DNA of 58,514 nucleotides from a bacterium (GCA_043718735.1 JAYSVC010000011.1:1-58514), one strand, 5' to 3'; positions 8,298 through 19,638 are shown, numbered from the stretch's first letter. Program-made: numbers and translations. Notes: generated by a model from the letters alone, not told the origin.

Positions 8298-11003
8298 ATG
8301 CAACAATTTAACAATTTTACAACAAAGTCCAAAGATGCGATAAGACGTGCTCATGAAATATCAGCCGAGCGTGGTCAACAAAACGTGACACCATTACACA
8401 TGATGGCATCATTACTCGCTTATGAAGACAGTATAGTCTATTCTGTTTTAGACAAAATGGAAATAGATACCATACTCTTCAATGATACTATATTAGATTC
8501 AATAGAAGTTCCAAATGGTGGATCAACTATGGCGCCATCGTATCAGATGTTTTTGACTATTGAGTTAGCTCAAGCATTCGAACGTGCAGTAAACATAGCT
8601 CAGATGACTCATGATGAGTTTGTAGCACCTGAACATATTTTTATATCTCTCTTAGATTGTTCCGGAGCACTAAAAGAAATAATTACAAGATTTAGAATAG
8701 ATCGTGATGCAGTGATGTCAGTATTGCAAAATGCTCGCACACAAAACATATCTCAAAATGGTGGACTAAAGAAAAATAAAACAGTAACAAAGTATACTCG
8801 AAGTTTTACTGACTTAGCACGCGAGGATAAATTAGACCCAGTAATAGGTCGTGATGTTGAGATCATGAGGCTGATGCAAATACTTTCAAGACGCACAAAA
8901 AATAATCCTCTATTAATAGGTGAGGCTGGAACAGGTAAGACAGCAGTAGTAGAGGGGTTGGCAATTAGAATTGCTAAGGGGGATGTGCCTGAGACTTTGA
9001 AAGATAAAGAATTAGTTGCTCTCGACCTCGGCATGTTAATAGCTGGAACAAAATATAGAGGAGAGTTCGAAGACAGATTAAAAAACATAATGAAAGAAAT
9101 AGAACAAAGTAAAGGAAAAATTATTTTGTTCATCGACGAACTTCACACTATCGTAGGTGCTGGTGCTGCTGAGGGAGCGGCTGATGCTGCAAATCTTCTT
9201 AAACCAGCGCTCAGTCGTGGAGAGATAAGAGCGATAGGAGCAACAACACTTAACGAATACCAAAAACATATAGAAAAAGATCCAGCACTAGCAAGAAGAT
9301 TTCAACCTATAGTGATAGAGGAGCCAAACACCGATGATGCCATAGCTATACTTCGTGGATTAAAAGAAAAGTATGAAATATTCCACGGTGTTCGTATTAG
9401 TGATGAGGCGATAGTTGCTAGTGTTAACTTATCTACTCGTTATATCACTAACAGATTTCTTCCAGACAAAGCCATAGACCTGATAGATGAAGCAGCTAGT
9501 ACCATGCGTATCGCCCTTGAAAATAAACCAGCAGAGTTAGATAGTGCACACAGGAAAATACAAAGATTAGAAATAGAACGTGCTGCATTACAAAAAGAAT
9601 TACTGGCTCACCTGGGTGAAAAGTCAGTATCTGAAAAAAAACTTCTTGATCAAAAAATAGAGAATAGATTGTCTGAGATAGATGTAGAAATAGCTGATAT
9701 ACAAGATAAAGTAAAAGATTTGGAAGTTAGATATAATACTGAAAAAGAGTTAGTGGTTAGTATGCGTACCCTCAAAAAAGAAATAGAAGAACTGCGTATA
9801 CAGTCTGATAACCTGCAATTACGTGCTGACCTAGCAGCGGTAGCTGAGATAAGATATGTGAAGATACCAAAATTAGAAATTAATTTACTAGAAGTAAATA
9901 CCAGATTATCAAAACTTCAAAAGTCTAGACGTGTGTTAAAAGAAGAGATAACCAGTGAAGACATTGCAGGGGTGGTAGCTCGCACCACAGGTATACCACT
10001 ACAGAGAATGTTACAAGAAGAGCAAGAGAAATTAATAAATATGGAGAATTATCTGAAAGCAAATGTAATAGGTCAAGATGATGCTATATTAAAAGTTTGT
10101 GATGCTGTCAGACGTTCACGTGTTGGCATATCAGACCCTAACAGGCCTATCGGCTCATTTTTATTCCTTGGTCCAACTGGAGTAGGTAAAACAGAATTAA
10201 CAAAGTCCCTCGCTAACTTTATGTTCAATGATGAAAAGGCATTGATTAAGATAGACATGAGTGAATACATGGAGAAGCATAGTATATCAAAATTAATAGG
10301 TAGTCCAGCTGGTTATGTTGGTTATGATGAGTCTGGCTTTTTAACCGAAGCAGTAAAGCATAGACCTTACGCTGTTATACTTTTTGATGAAGTAGAAAAA
10401 GCTCATCCTGACGTATTTAATTTATTATTACAAGTATTAGATGAAGGTAAATTAACTGACAATAAAGGTCGCGTAGCTAATTTTAAAAACACTATTATAA
10501 TTATGACTAGTAATATTGGTAGTCAATTCATACAAAAGATGCAAGGTTTTGGTTTTTCAAATGAGCACTCAGGTAGTGAATATAACAATGTAAAAGAAAA
10601 AGTTTCTGATTCTTTAAAAGATTTTTTTAAGCCAGAATTCTTAAACAGATTAGATGACATAATAATTTTTGATATATTAACAAAAGAAAATATAGAAAAA
10701 ATAGTTAGAATGCAAATCACGGAAATAGAAAAAAGATTAGCTGAAAAAGATATTACTATAAACGTAACAGAAGAAGCGATAACCTTGATAGCTGAAAAGT
10801 CTTACGATCCAAAATTCGGAGCAAGGCCGATAAGAAGATATGTACAGACAAATATATTAAATAAAATAGCTAGTCAAATCATAAATGGAGTCTATATAAA
10901 GGGTGGGAATGTAGAAGTCTCGGTAAAAGATTCTGAATTATTAGTTATGAATAAGAAAAAAACTAAAAGCATACAATTAGAAAAAATCCATGAACATAAA
11001 TAG
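8298..11003 (+). CDS. clpB: ClpB disaggregase (two-ring AAA+ chaperone)
   Basis: Clp_N repeats. NBD1 GEAGTGKTA / ILFIDELH, a long middle coiled coil, and NBD2 GPTGVGKTE / [10 protein letters not shown]. Confidence 0.95.
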   Translation: MQQFNNFTTKSKDAIRRAHEISAERGQQNVTPLHMMASLLAYEDSIVYSVLDKMEIDTILFNDTILDSIEVPNGGSTMAPSYQMFLTIELAQAFERAVNIAQMTHDEFVAPEHIFISLLDCSGALKEIITRFRIDRDAVMSVLQNARTQNISQNGGLKKNKTVTKYTRSFTDLAREDKLDPVIGRDVEIMRLMQILSRRTKNNPLLIGEAGTGKTAVVEGLAIRIAKGDVPETLKDKELVALDLGMLIAGTKYRGEFEDRLKNIMKEIEQSKGKIILFIDELHTIVGAGAAEGAADAANLLKPALSRGEIRAIGATTLNEYQKHIEKDPALARRFQPIVIEEPNTDDAIAILRGLKEKYEIFHGVRISDEAIVASVNLSTRYITNRFLPDKAIDLIDEAASTMRIALENKPAELDSAHRKIQRLEIERAALQKELLAHLGEKSVSEKKLLDQKIENRLSEIDVEIADIQDKVKDLEVRYNTEKELVVSMRTLKKEIEELRIQSDNLQLRADLAAVAEIRYVKIPKLEINLLEVNTRLSKLQKSRRVLKEEITSEDIAGVVARTTGIPLQRMLQEEQEKLINMENYLKANVIGQDDAILKVCDAVRRSRVGISDPNRPIGSFLFLGPTGVGKTELTKSLANFMFNDEKALIKIDMSEYMEKHSISKLIGSPAGYVGYDESGFLTEAVKHRPYAVILFDEVEKAHPDVFNLLLQVLDEGKLTDNKGRVANFKNTIIIMTSNIGSQFIQKMQGFGFSNEHSGSEYNNVKEKVSDSLKDFFKPEFLNRLDDIIIFDILTKENIEKIVRMQITEIEKRLAEKDITINVTEEAITLIAEKSYDPKFGARPIRRYVQTNILNKIASQIINGVYIKGGNVEVSVKDSELLVMNKKKTKSIQLEKIHEHK

Positions 11004-12549
11004 AATCAAGATTGTAAATGATTTTAACTTAGAAAAAGAAAGTAATGATATAAGTATAAATAAAAATATTTTATACAAAATGTCTCGTGAGCATCGAGTA
11101 GAAAATAACTGGTCACTAATACATGCTCAAAAGTTAGCATTAGAAAATAAGGTAAAACTTTTTGTGGTATACACTCATTATGATAAAAAATGGGAATGTG
11201 TTTCGCGTACGGTAGACTTTATCTTAGATAATTTATCATTAGTGCAAAAAGATTTATTTGAAAAAAATATTTCTTTTGAATATGTGAATATAAATCATAG
11301 AGTAGGAGCGAGTATTAAAAATAAAACTAGTGAATTTATAAGTAATTACTGCATAGAAAATAATATAGGGTTAGTGGTTACAGACATGGCACCTCAGAGA
11401 GAACATAATTGTTGGCAAGAAGATTTTTTAAATAATCAGAAAAAACTAAATAAAAATATACCACTACATGTAGTAGATTCTAGAAATATTATACCGATTT
11501 GGATTACTAGTGATAAGCAGGAATTTGCAGCTAGAACAATTAGAACAAAAATATACAAAAAAATAGAAGGATTCGTAATGGGTGCTGAAAATAAATTTAT
11601 AAAAATAAAAAAACATATACACAATGATGAAAAATATGTGCAAAACATATTTAAAAATACTGATTGGGTAAAAATTAGAAAAGATTTTAAATGCATAGAA
11701 AGTGATTTAGTTTTTGAGACTACTAATTTTCTTTCTGGTGAAGCAGAAGCTAAAAAAGTTTTAAATACATTTTTAAAAGAAAGATTAGAAAATTATGACA
11801 CAGATAGAAATGTGGCCACACTACGTGGACAGTCAGACTTATCGCCCTATATTACTTTTGGGATGATAAGCAAGCAAGATATTTTTAACATTATTTTAGA
11901 TAAATATAAATTAGAAGTCACTGACGTCCTAGATCCTGAGAAAAATGGCTCAGGTAATGCAATGCAAGAAAATCAAACAGGGTTAGAAGATAAATTATTA
12001 AAAAGCATAAGAGCATTCGTCGAGGAGTTGGTAATTAGGGGTGACCTGACTGACAATTATGTCTATCACAATAATGATTATGATAATTTTAACGGTCTGG
12101 CTGATTGGGCAAAGCTTTCTTTGAATAAAGGTAGGAGCGATAAAAGAGAATATTGTTATGAATTAAAAGATTTTGAAAAAGCAAATACTCATGATACATT
12201 GTGGAATGCTGCACAAAATGAGATGATGAGAAGTGGTAAAATGCATGGTTATATGCGTATGTATTGGGCGAAAAAGATTTTAGAATGGACGGAAAATCCA
12301 GAAGAGGCAATACTGATTGCTATATATTTAAATGATAAATATAATCTTGATGGCTGGTGTCCTAATGGTTTTGCTGGGATACTTTGGAGTATCGGTGGAC
12401 TACATGATAGGGCATGGTTCCCGAGGCCTATTTTTAGCACTATACGCTACATGGCTGTTTCTGGTTGTGAGAAAAAGTTTGATATAAAAGAATATAAAAA
12501 CAAATGGAATCAGGGCCAGAGAAACGTATTAGAAAATAAGCTTTTTTAA
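10990..12549 (+). CDS. phr: Class II CPD deoxyribodipyrimidine photolyase
   Basis: [18 protein letters not shown]-terminal block. C-terminal [16 protein letters not shown] and [24 protein letters not shown]. Overlaps clpB by 14 nt. Confidence 0.85.
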   Translation: MNINRIKIVNDFNLEKESNDISINKNILYKMSREHRVENNWSLIHAQKLALENKVKLFVVYTHYDKKWECVSRTVDFILDNLSLVQKDLFEKNISFEYVNINHRVGASIKNKTSEFISNYCIENNIGLVVTDMAPQREHNCWQEDFLNNQKKLNKNIPLHVVDSRNIIPIWITSDKQEFAARTIRTKIYKKIEGFVMGAENKFIKIKKHIHNDEKYVQNIFKNTDWVKIRKDFKCIESDLVFETTNFLSGEAEAKKVLNTFLKERLENYDTDRNVATLRGQSDLSPYITFGMISKQDIFNIILDKYKLEVTDVLDPEKNGSGNAMQENQTGLEDKLLKSIRAFVEELVIRGDLTDNYVYHNNDYDNFNGLADWAKLSLNKGRSDKREYCYELKDFEKANTHDTLWNAAQNEMMRSGKMHGYMRMYWAKKILEWTENPEEAILIAIYLNDKYNLDGWCPNGFAGILWSIGGLHDRAWFPRPIFSTIRYMAVSGCEKKFDIKEYKNKWNQGQRNVLENKLF

Positions 12550-12574
12550 ATTATTTTAATATTTATTAATATCT

Positions 12575-12583
12575 ATGATATAA
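12575..12583 (+). promoter_or_regulatory. Extended -10 box TGATATAAT
   Basis: TGnTATAAT upstream of the DsbA-like gene. Confidence 0.5.
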
Positions 12584-12602
12584 TATATTATATAAAAATC
12601 AT

Positions 12603-13280
12603 ATGCAAAATCACAATCATAAAGAAAATATATTTTCTAAAATCTTTTCTTTTACAAATATATTAATTTTAATAGCATTATCACTAATCTCTTTTTTTAT
12701 CTGGAATAAGGCACAAACAGTTAAAAAAGAATCAGAACCAGTAGTCGTTAATATAAATGAAAGAGATCATCGTATAGGTAATCCAAATGCGAAAGTTACT
12801 ATTATCGAGTATGCAGACTTACAATGTCCAGCATGTCGTGCTTATGAAGATATTACTGGTCCAGTAGTAGCTGAATATGCTGATAAAATTAATTTTGTAT
12901 TCAAGCATTTTCCTTTAACTCAAATACATACAAATGCAATGCTAGCAGCGATATCAACTGAGGCTGCAGCTAAGCAAGGAAAGTTTTGGGAAATGAAAAA
13001 AGTACTATATGAAAAACAATCAGAATGGTCTAATGCATTAGATGCAAGAACTAAAATAATATCTTATGCTGCAAGTATAGGACTAGACGTTAAAAAGTTT
13101 GAAGCAGACTTATCAGATAAAACTTTAGAAGAGCTTGTAATAGCCAGCTTAAAAGAAGCGAATGCACTGTCTTTGTCAGGCACACCAACTTTTATTATTA
13201 ATGGAAAAAGAGTGGAAACTAGTGAAATAGGCTCAGTAGAAAAATTAAAAGCTTACATAGATAAAGAATTAACAAAATAA
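12603..13280 (+). CDS. Membrane-anchored DsbA-family thiol:disulfide oxidoreductase
   Basis: N-terminal TM helix and a thioredoxin-fold CPAC active site (DLQCPACRAYE); DsbA-like length. Confidence 0.8.
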   Translation: MQNHNHKENIFSKIFSFTNILILIALSLISFFIWNKAQTVKKESEPVVVNINERDHRIGNPNAKVTIIEYADLQCPACRAYEDITGPVVAEYADKINFVFKHFPLTQIHTNAMLAAISTEAAAKQGKFWEMKKVLYEKQSEWSNALDARTKIISYAASIGLDVKKFEADLSDKTLEELVIASLKEANALSLSGTPTFIINGKRVETSEIGSVEKLKAYIDKELTK

Positions 13281-13293
13281 TAAATAAAAACAT

Positions 13294-13584
13294 ATGAGTA
13301 TAATAAAAGATTTCTTTTTAAAGAATGCAGCAAAGTTCGGAACACGTAACCTGCCAAAGGATCAGCAGGAGATGATAATGAATATCGTCGAGAAAAATCC
13401 TTCACTATTTGAAAAAATAGCAACAGAGACAAAAGCGCTCACCGACGCGGGTAAGCCAGAAATGTATGCCACTTTTGAAGTAATGCAAAAGTATCAAAAA
13501 GAATTACAGGGCGTAATGGCAGGAGAAGATCAAAATAAATTAAAAGAAATGGCAGATACAGTGATGAAAGATGTAAAAGAATAG
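13294..13584 (+). CDS. Hypothetical protein
   Basis: 96-aa ORF with the native AAAACATATG start context; followed by a terminator. Confidence 0.5.
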   Translation: MSIIKDFFLKNAAKFGTRNLPKDQQEMIMNIVEKNPSLFEKIATETKALTDAGKPEMYATFEVMQKYQKELQGVMAGEDQNKLKEMADTVMKDVKE

Positions 13585-13613
13585 GGTACACTTTTAAGTA
13601 AAATTTTTAAAAT

Positions 13614-13641
13614 AAAATGCACATCTTGTGCATTTTATTTT
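13614..13641 (+). terminator. Intrinsic terminator
   Basis: AAAATGCACA-loop-TGTGCATTTT hairpin followed by a T-run. Confidence 0.65.
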
Positions 13642-13653
13642 TATGTGTTTTTA

Positions 13654-13662
13654 TGTTATAAT
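13654..13662 (+). promoter_or_regulatory. Extended -10 box TGTTATAAT (ychF)
   Basis: Exact TGnTATAAT. Confidence 0.55.
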
Positions 13663-13698
13663 AATCATAAGAAAATAAATTAAATATAAAATAAAGAT

Positions 13699-14826
13699 AT
13701 GAAATTAAGTATAGGTATAGTAGGATTACCAAATGTAGGAAAATCAACAATGTTCAATGCATTAACTAAAAATAGTGTGCCAGCTGAGAATTATCCATTC
13801 TGTACTATTGATCCGTCTGTTGGTATTGTTGAGGTTCCCGACAAAAGACTGTGGGACTTGTCAATATTATCACAAACAAAAAAGACAGTTCCGGCCGTAG
13901 TTGAGTTCGTTGACATTGCAGGACTTGTAAAGGGGGCCAGCACTGGTGAGGGGCTAGGTAATAAGTTTTTGTCTCACATACGAGAGACTGACGCAATTGC
14001 TGAGGTGGTGCGTATTTTTGAAGATGAAAAAGTTATGCATGTAAATGACAAAGTAGATCCACTTTTTGACATTGAGGTTATTAATTTTGAATTAATGCAA
14101 GCAGATCTCGAGACTTGTAAAAATAGAAAATCAAATATACAAAAAGATGTGAAGAAAGGGGATAAGAAGTTTATTATGTTAGATAATCTAATAGATAGAC
14201 TAGTCTCAAATCTTGAAGCAGATAAATTAGTATCACAAATGTATGAATATAAAGCAAATGGTGACATAGAAAACTTTACAGAAGAAGAAATCAAAGAAAT
14301 AAAAATGCTTAATCTAATCACTGCTAAAAAGTTTTTATATGTTTTAAATAAAAAAGCAGGAGGAAAGAATCTGGATGAGATCAATGATCCAAGATATATG
14401 GCATTAATAGATTTTCTAAGTAAAAATAATTTTGAATATGTAGTCATAGATGCAAAAATAGAAGATGAATTAAAAGATTTTGAAGGAGAGGAAAAAGAAA
14501 TGATGCGTGTGGAACTGGGTGGAAAAAGCGATGGTATAAAAGATCTTATAGTTGGTGGATATAAGATGCTTGGACTAGAGACATACTTTACAACCGGAGT
14601 AGAAGAGACTCGTGGCTGGACTGTTAAAAAGGGTAGCACAGCGCCTGTAGCAGGGCAGGCGATACATACTGATTTTAAAGATAAGTTTATACGCGCTCAA
14701 GTTGTAGATTGTGATACTTTGTTAGAACTTGGATCCTTTGCAAAGTGTAAAGAAACTGGAAAACTTAGAATGGAAGGAAAAGAATATATAGTAAAAGATG
14801 GCGACGTGATAGAGTTTTTTGTGTAG
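13699..14826 (+). CDS. ychF: Ribosome-binding ATPase YchF
   Basis: G1 GLPNVGKST, G3 DIAGLV, a helical insert, and a C-terminal TGS-like end (KDGDVIEF). Confidence 0.92.
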   Translation: MKLSIGIVGLPNVGKSTMFNALTKNSVPAENYPFCTIDPSVGIVEVPDKRLWDLSILSQTKKTVPAVVEFVDIAGLVKGASTGEGLGNKFLSHIRETDAIAEVVRIFEDEKVMHVNDKVDPLFDIEVINFELMQADLETCKNRKSNIQKDVKKGDKKFIMLDNLIDRLVSNLEADKLVSQMYEYKANGDIENFTEEEIKEIKMLNLITAKKFLYVLNKKAGGKNLDEINDPRYMALIDFLSKNNFEYVVIDAKIEDELKDFEGEEKEMMRVELGGKSDGIKDLIVGGYKMLGLETYFTTGVEETRGWTVKKGSTAPVAGQAIHTDFKDKFIRAQVVDCDTLLELGSFAKCKETGKLRMEGKEYIVKDGDVIEFFV

Positions 14827-14868
14827 TAAAAAAGTGCAATAAATAATTATAAAAAACAACAAAATAAA

Positions 14869-14912
14869 ATAGCCACAAAATATATTTAATATTTTGTGGC
14901 TATTATTTTTTT
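14869..14912. terminator. Bidirectional intrinsic terminator
   Basis: 15-bp stem ATAGCCACAAAATAT / ATATTTTGTGGCTAT flanked by A- and T-runs, between convergent genes. Confidence 0.75.
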
Positions 14913-14941
14913 AAATTACTTTAGTATGACTTTTCTAGATC

Positions 14942-15622
14942 TTACATTTCATTATGAGAATAAGTAAGGTCTACTTTTTTAACTGCACTATATTTTTTAA
15001 TATCATACAAATCTAAGTTTTTAAAACTGCCTACACTATTAGCTCGGAACAACTCTACGAATTCTGGATTACTTGTGGCCGCCTCTTTTAATATATCAAA
15101 CTCTTTAATTTTCAAAAGTCTACCATAATTAGTAGAGCAGTGTCCACTAGAATTACCAGTAGACAAGTAGTGCCCATCAGGCAAGTTATCAAAGGTTTTA
15201 ATCTTTAAATAAATGGAAACTTCTGGTTTTGTTTCAATTACAGTCTTAATAAAACCGAGCTCTTTGTAATCATCCTGCTTTGCAGAAGAGAAGTCACTCA
15301 CCATAGCATATACTTCCTCACCTTCTGCAAAGTGATTCACCGGACGCAGATTAGGAAAATATATATCTAGTCCATTATTTTTCTTTAAAGAATCGCTCAG
15401 ATTAGAAGATAACAAAGTCAATAAGGCTCCGTCACATGTCTCCAAGTCATAAGCAGTATTAGAATAAATATTTTGCACAAATTGACAGACTGCATTTGCA
15501 TTTAAGCTGCCGATATTATTTAAATGCACAGTTTTCAAATTAAGAGCCACGCCATTTATTTTAGCCAAGTATTCTAATAACGTAGTGGTAAGATTTTTTT
15601 GAACGACACCTTTGATTATCAT
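14942..15622 (-). CDS. Hypothetical protein (SD-bearing, minus strand)
   Basis: 226-aa ORF with no recognisable motif. AAGGA SD 6 nt upstream of the ATG, unlike core genes. Confidence 0.55.
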   Translation of the reverse strand: MIIKGVVQKNLTTTLLEYLAKINGVALNLKTVHLNNIGSLNANAVCQFVQNIYSNTAYDLETCDGALLTLLSSNLSDSLKKNNGLDIYFPNLRPVNHFAEGEEVYAMVSDFSSAKQDDYKELGFIKTVIETKPEVSIYLKIKTFDNLPDGHYLSTGNSSGHCSTNYGRLLKIKEFDILKEAATSNPEFVELFRANSVGSFKNLDLYDIKKYSAVKKVDLTYSHNEM

Positions 15623-15736
15623 TTGTATTCCTTAAAAGATCAAAACCTAGAGACGCTAGGTGCGTATAAACACATACTAACTAATTATTGAAATAAAGTC
15701 AAATTATGATATTGCGTCACAAAAAACCACCTAACA

Positions 15737-15745
15737 TGTTATAAT
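15737..15745 (+). promoter_or_regulatory. Extended -10 box TGTTATAAT, 7 nt from the ATG (leaderless-type)
   Basis: The hexamer ends at 15745 and the ATG is at 15753. Confidence 0.55.
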
Positions 15746-15752
15746 AATTAAG

Positions 15753-17174
15753 ATGAAAAAAACTAATCACATATTTTTAAGTGTATTTTTTATATTTAGT
15801 TTTTTATTTTGTGTTATAAATACACAAAGCTCTTTTGCTTTACTTACGAAGGATTTAAAATTAAATTCAGCAGGTCTTGAAGTTATAGAATTACAAGAGT
15901 ATTTAATTAAAAATAACTATTTAAAAGTAAAAGCTAATGGTAATTATGGCTTGGCTACACAAAAAGCTGTCAAAGATTTTCAGAAAAAAAATAAAATAAA
16001 AATAACAGGACAAATAGGTCCAGTGTCTAGGAGCGTGATTAATAAAAACAAAACTACAACCACAACTACAGTGGTAACGCTACCACCTTTTTCAAAGGAT
16101 ATAAAAGATATTTTAAATAAAAACTTTACAGTTGGAACATGGGTGCCATATTGGAGAAAATCTAGTGGTACAGAAGAGGTGATAAAAAATATAAATAAAA
16201 TAGATATTATATCTCCATTCTCTTTTGAGATGAGAAGTGATGGAACTTTTACTGACCCTATGAAGCTAGATACAGGGGCATATGCAGACATGATAAAGGT
16301 AGCAAAAGAGAATGAAAAAATTATAATACCAAGTATATTATGGTGGGCTACTGGCACAGGACGTGATGACCTACACAATGTTCTTAGCGACAAAGAATCT
16401 AGGCTGTCATTGATAAATGACATAAAGTTAACAGTAAAAAAATATAATTTAGATGGCATAGACATAGATTTTGAAAATAAAAAAGCTGAGACGAGAGAAC
16501 CTTTTAATACTTTTTTAACAGAGCTTTCAAAAGAGATGCATGCAAGTGGCAAGGTTCTGATTTGTACCATAGAAGCCAGAACCCCACTAGATTCAAAGTA
16601 TGCTAATCTCTCAGCTGAAGCCTATCAAGCTAAATTAAAAGAGGTGGACTACAGTAATGATTTTAAAACTATAGGAAAAGTCTGTGACCAGGTCCGTATC
16701 ATGGCTTATGATCAGCAAGATGACGATAAACAACTAAATAATCTAAGACAAGAAAACAACACAGCCTATAAGCCAGTAGCTGATATAGATTGGGTAGAAA
16801 AAGTCTTGACTCTCGCCATGCGTGATATAGAGTGGAAGAAAATAATAGTAGGTGTTCCAACATATGGCAACAAATACGAAATCACTCGTGACATAAATGG
16901 TAAAGTAAATAATTATAAAAAAATAGGTAGCATGAATTATTTTTATGCTGATGCTGAAGTAAAAGAAAAAAACTTAACACAGATTAGAAATGCCAGCGGT
17001 GAATTAAGTTATACATATGTAGACATAAACAAATTGAAAGAATATTATGTAGTGTATAGTGATGCGGAGGCGATAGCACAAAAAATAAATATAGCAAAGT
17101 TATATAAAATAGGAGGCATAGCTATATTCAAAGTTGACGGCAATAATGATAAAAATATTTGGAGTAAAATATAA
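15753..17174 (+). CDS. Secreted GH18-family glycosidase with N-terminal peptidoglycan-binding domain
   Basis: Signal/TM N-terminus. PG_binding_1-like repeat (LQEYLIKNNYL...GNYGLATQKAVKDFQ). GH18 catalytic motif LDGIDIDFE. Confidence 0.75.
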   Translation: MKKTNHIFLSVFFIFSFLFCVINTQSSFALLTKDLKLNSAGLEVIELQEYLIKNNYLKVKANGNYGLATQKAVKDFQKKNKIKITGQIGPVSRSVINKNKTTTTTTVVTLPPFSKDIKDILNKNFTVGTWVPYWRKSSGTEEVIKNINKIDIISPFSFEMRSDGTFTDPMKLDTGAYADMIKVAKENEKIIIPSILWWATGTGRDDLHNVLSDKESRLSLINDIKLTVKKYNLDGIDIDFENKKAETREPFNTFLTELSKEMHASGKVLICTIEARTPLDSKYANLSAEAYQAKLKEVDYSNDFKTIGKVCDQVRIMAYDQQDDDKQLNNLRQENNTAYKPVADIDWVEKVLTLAMRDIEWKKIIVGVPTYGNKYEITRDINGKVNNYKKIGSMNYFYADAEVKEKNLTQIRNASGELSYTYVDINKLKEYYVVYSDAEAIAQKINIAKLYKIGGIAIFKVDGNNDKNIWSKI

Positions 17175-17194
17175 AAGTATAATAAGATATTTAG

Positions 17195-17223
17195 TTGACA
17201 AAAAATACCTTTAAGTTTATAAT
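17195..17223 (+). promoter_or_regulatory. Consensus sigma70 promoter TTGACA-17 nt-TATAAT
   Basis: TTGACA at 17195-17200 and TATAAT at 17218-17223, upstream of the GTG-initiated ORF at 17298. Confidence 0.6.
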
Positions 17224-17297
17224 ATATTTGTATTCATGTATGTTAAGTTATTCTAATTATCGTAATCAGAAAACTTATTTTTTAAAAAGGAAATATC

Positions 17298-17636
17298 GTG
17301 AACTTGAAACTTTCAAAATTTGCAACTAGTCTGATTCTAATCTCTTTTGCTTTATTTTCTGCACAAACAGAGGCAAAGCGTTTTGGAGGGTTTAGAAGCA
17401 AACCAAGCGTGTCCAGATCAGCACCATCACCACAACCTCCAAAAGAAGTAGTGGTAAAAGACGGCACAAGTATAGGCAGAAGCTTAGCAACGGGCGCAGC
17501 TCTTGGTGTTGGTCTTGGCGTGGGTACAGCCGCAGTAGCTGCTGTCCTTAGTCCAAGTGATCAAAAAAAATGTCGTGAAAGCGTATCTTTTTTTGAAGCA
17601 CATGAAGAAGCCTGTAAAGCAATTACAGGAAAATAA
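17298..17636 (+). CDS. Small secreted Gly/Ala-rich protein (GC-rich, GTG start)
   Basis: Signal peptide LILISFALFSAQTEA, a hydrophobic GAALGVGLGVGTAAVAAV segment, and AAAGGA SD-like sequence upstream. Confidence 0.55.
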   Translation: MNLKLSKFATSLILISFALFSAQTEAKRFGGFRSKPSVSRSAPSPQPPKEVVVKDGTSIGRSLATGAALGVGLGVGTAAVAAVLSPSDQKKCRESVSFFEAHEEACKAITGK

Positions 17637-17658
17637 TAAATTATTTTCCTTCAAAACA

Positions 17659-17698
17659 AAACCTGGTTTACTTTAAAATAAATCAGGTTTTTTATTTT
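17659..17698 (+). terminator. Intrinsic terminator
   Basis: AAACCTGGTTTA...TAAATCAGGTTT hairpin (one G-U pair) followed by a T-run. Confidence 0.6.
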
Positions 17699-17766
17699 GT
17701 ATATTGTAAAGTTTCTCTACTTTATTTTTTTATAGATTTATGGTATAAATAATATAAGAAACAAAT

Positions 17767-18861
17767 ATGTCAAAAGATTACTATACATTATTAGGCGTAG
17801 ATAAAAAAGCTAACAAAGACGAGCTTAAAAAAGCTTTTTATAAGTTGGCAGCAAAACATCATCCAGATAAGGGTGGTGATGAAGCAAAATTCAAAGAAGT
17901 TAACGAAGCTTATCAGGTTCTTTCTGATGACAAGAAAAGAAAAGAATATGATATGTATGGACAGACTTTTAATGGCGCAGGATCAAATACTGGAGGACAA
18001 CAAGGTCAAGGATTTGGTGGTTTTGGAGGATTCAATCCAAATGATTTCCAAAATATGCAATTTGACATGGATGATATCGGTGATATTTTTGGAGATATGT
18101 TTTCTGGTTTCGGAGGATTCGGTGGACCAAAAGAAAGAAGAGGTCGTGACATGTCAGTAGACATTGAGATTAATTTTAAAGAGGCGGTATTCGGAACAGA
18201 GAGAAAGGTAATGATAAATAGAACTTCAAAATGCGTAACTTGTAAATCAACAGGTGGTGACGCTGCCTCTGGCAAAATAACTTGCATAAAATGTAATGGC
18301 AAGGGACGTGTGCACGAAATGAAGAGAACAATGTTCGGAAATATGCAAGCTCAGAGACTGTGTAATGATTGTGATGGAGTTGGTCAAGTATATAAAGATA
18401 AATGTAAAGATTGTAAAGGTGAGGGTGTTAAAAGTGGAAAGTTTGATTTGAACATCCCTGTCCCAGCTGGTATTAATAATGGAGAGATGTTGAAAATGAC
18501 GGAAATGGGTGAAGCGGTTCGTGCTGGCACATCAGGTGATATGTTCATAAAAGTCCGTGTACAACCTGATAAAGTCTGGCACAGAGAGAACAATGACCTC
18601 GTTATGGATCATAGTATAAAACTCACTGATGCACTACTCGGTATTAAACACAAAGTTGTGGGTCTTGATGGTGACATAGAAGTCATCGTTGATGGAGGGA
18701 TAAGTATAGGCGAAGCTATTAGAATACCAGGGCGTGGAGTTCCATTTGGACAAAGAAAGCAACGTGGTGATGCAATCATTAACTTAGAAGTAGAGCTTCC
18801 AAAAAAACTTTCTAAAAAAGCAAAAGATTTAGTCAAAGAATTACAGGAGGAGGGTCTGTAG
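17767..18861 (+). CDS. dnaJ: Chaperone DnaJ
   Basis: J domain with HPD, a G/F-rich linker, and four CxxCxG repeats (CVTCKSTG, CIKCNGKG, CNDCDGVG, CKDCKGEG). Confidence 0.93.
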   Translation: MSKDYYTLLGVDKKANKDELKKAFYKLAAKHHPDKGGDEAKFKEVNEAYQVLSDDKKRKEYDMYGQTFNGAGSNTGGQQGQGFGGFGGFNPNDFQNMQFDMDDIGDIFGDMFSGFGGFGGPKERRGRDMSVDIEINFKEAVFGTERKVMINRTSKCVTCKSTGGDAASGKITCIKCNGKGRVHEMKRTMFGNMQAQRLCNDCDGVGQVYKDKCKDCKGEGVKSGKFDLNIPVPAGINNGEMLKMTEMGEAVRAGTSGDMFIKVRVQPDKVWHRENNDLVMDHSIKLTDALLGIKHKVVGLDGDIEVIVDGGISIGEAIRIPGRGVPFGQRKQRGDAIINLEVELPKKLSKKAKDLVKELQEEGL

Positions 18862-18888
18862 TGAGTAATAAAAATAAGATAAAATAGT

Positions 18889-19608
18889 ATGCTAATTATC
18901 TTTATTTTTTCAACGCTTTGTTTTTTGTTTTACTGCCTATTTTGGTTTTTTAGAATAAAAAGACTTATAAAAGTTAGTCGAAAATTAATAAATAAGACAA
19001 AAAACTATAGTCACTTTGACGATACAAATAAATTAAAAGTTCTATTTGTTGGAGATAGTACTGGTGTTGGGGTTGGAGCTTCTAATAATAAAGATTCCTT
19101 GGCTGGAAGATTTTCTAGAGATAATCCTAAATGGAATATAGTAAATAAGTCAATAAGCGGAAGAAGAACTATTTAAATAGTAGAAGATTTGAAGTTAATT
19201 AAAAGTAATTCTTTTAGCTTAATTATTATTCTTGTCGGAAGTAATGATATAACACATTTTACAAACTTAAAAAGTCTTGAAGGTAGTATTAATGATCTAT
19301 TGAGTGAAGCAAAGAGGGTGAGTGTAAAAGTTATTTTAACTACTTGTGGAAGCATAGGCAGTGCAAAGATTTGTCCAAAGTTCCTAACTTACTTATGGAG
19401 AGCTTACTATATGAAATTAAGAAAAACTTTTATTTTTTCTACTAATAAAAACAACGTATTATATGCAGAATATTTTAAACAAAAAAGTAAGGATCAATTT
19501 TATTTAAATTCAAAAAAATATCAAGCAGAAGATTTCTTCCACCCTAGTTCAGAAGGTTATGCTATATGGTATATAGAATTAAAAAAAGCTATATTAAAAG
19601 TAATATAA
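18889..19608 (+). pseudogene. SGNH/GDSL hydrolase interrupted by a single in-frame TAA (19174-19176)
   Basis: ORFs 18889..19176 and 19189..19608 are in the same frame. Block I VGDSTGVG, block II SISGRR, stop, then block III LVGSNDI and block V FFHPSSEGY are all intact. Confidence 0.6.
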
Positions 19609-19638
19609 TTTTATATAGTAGAAAAATATCTCTAAAAA

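Noticed and set aside
10990-11003. The clpB/photolyase 14-nt overlap as a possible frameshift or fusion.
   Set aside because: Both proteins are full-length with normal termini. ClpB ends after its C-terminal domain, and the photolyase conserved block starts about 30 aa in. A short overlap is ordinary in compact genomes.
17873-18160. A 95-aa plus-strand ORF overlapping dnaJ in another frame.
   Set aside because: It lies wholly inside the dnaJ J-domain and G/F region, has no independent signals, and its composition is driven by the overlapping frame.
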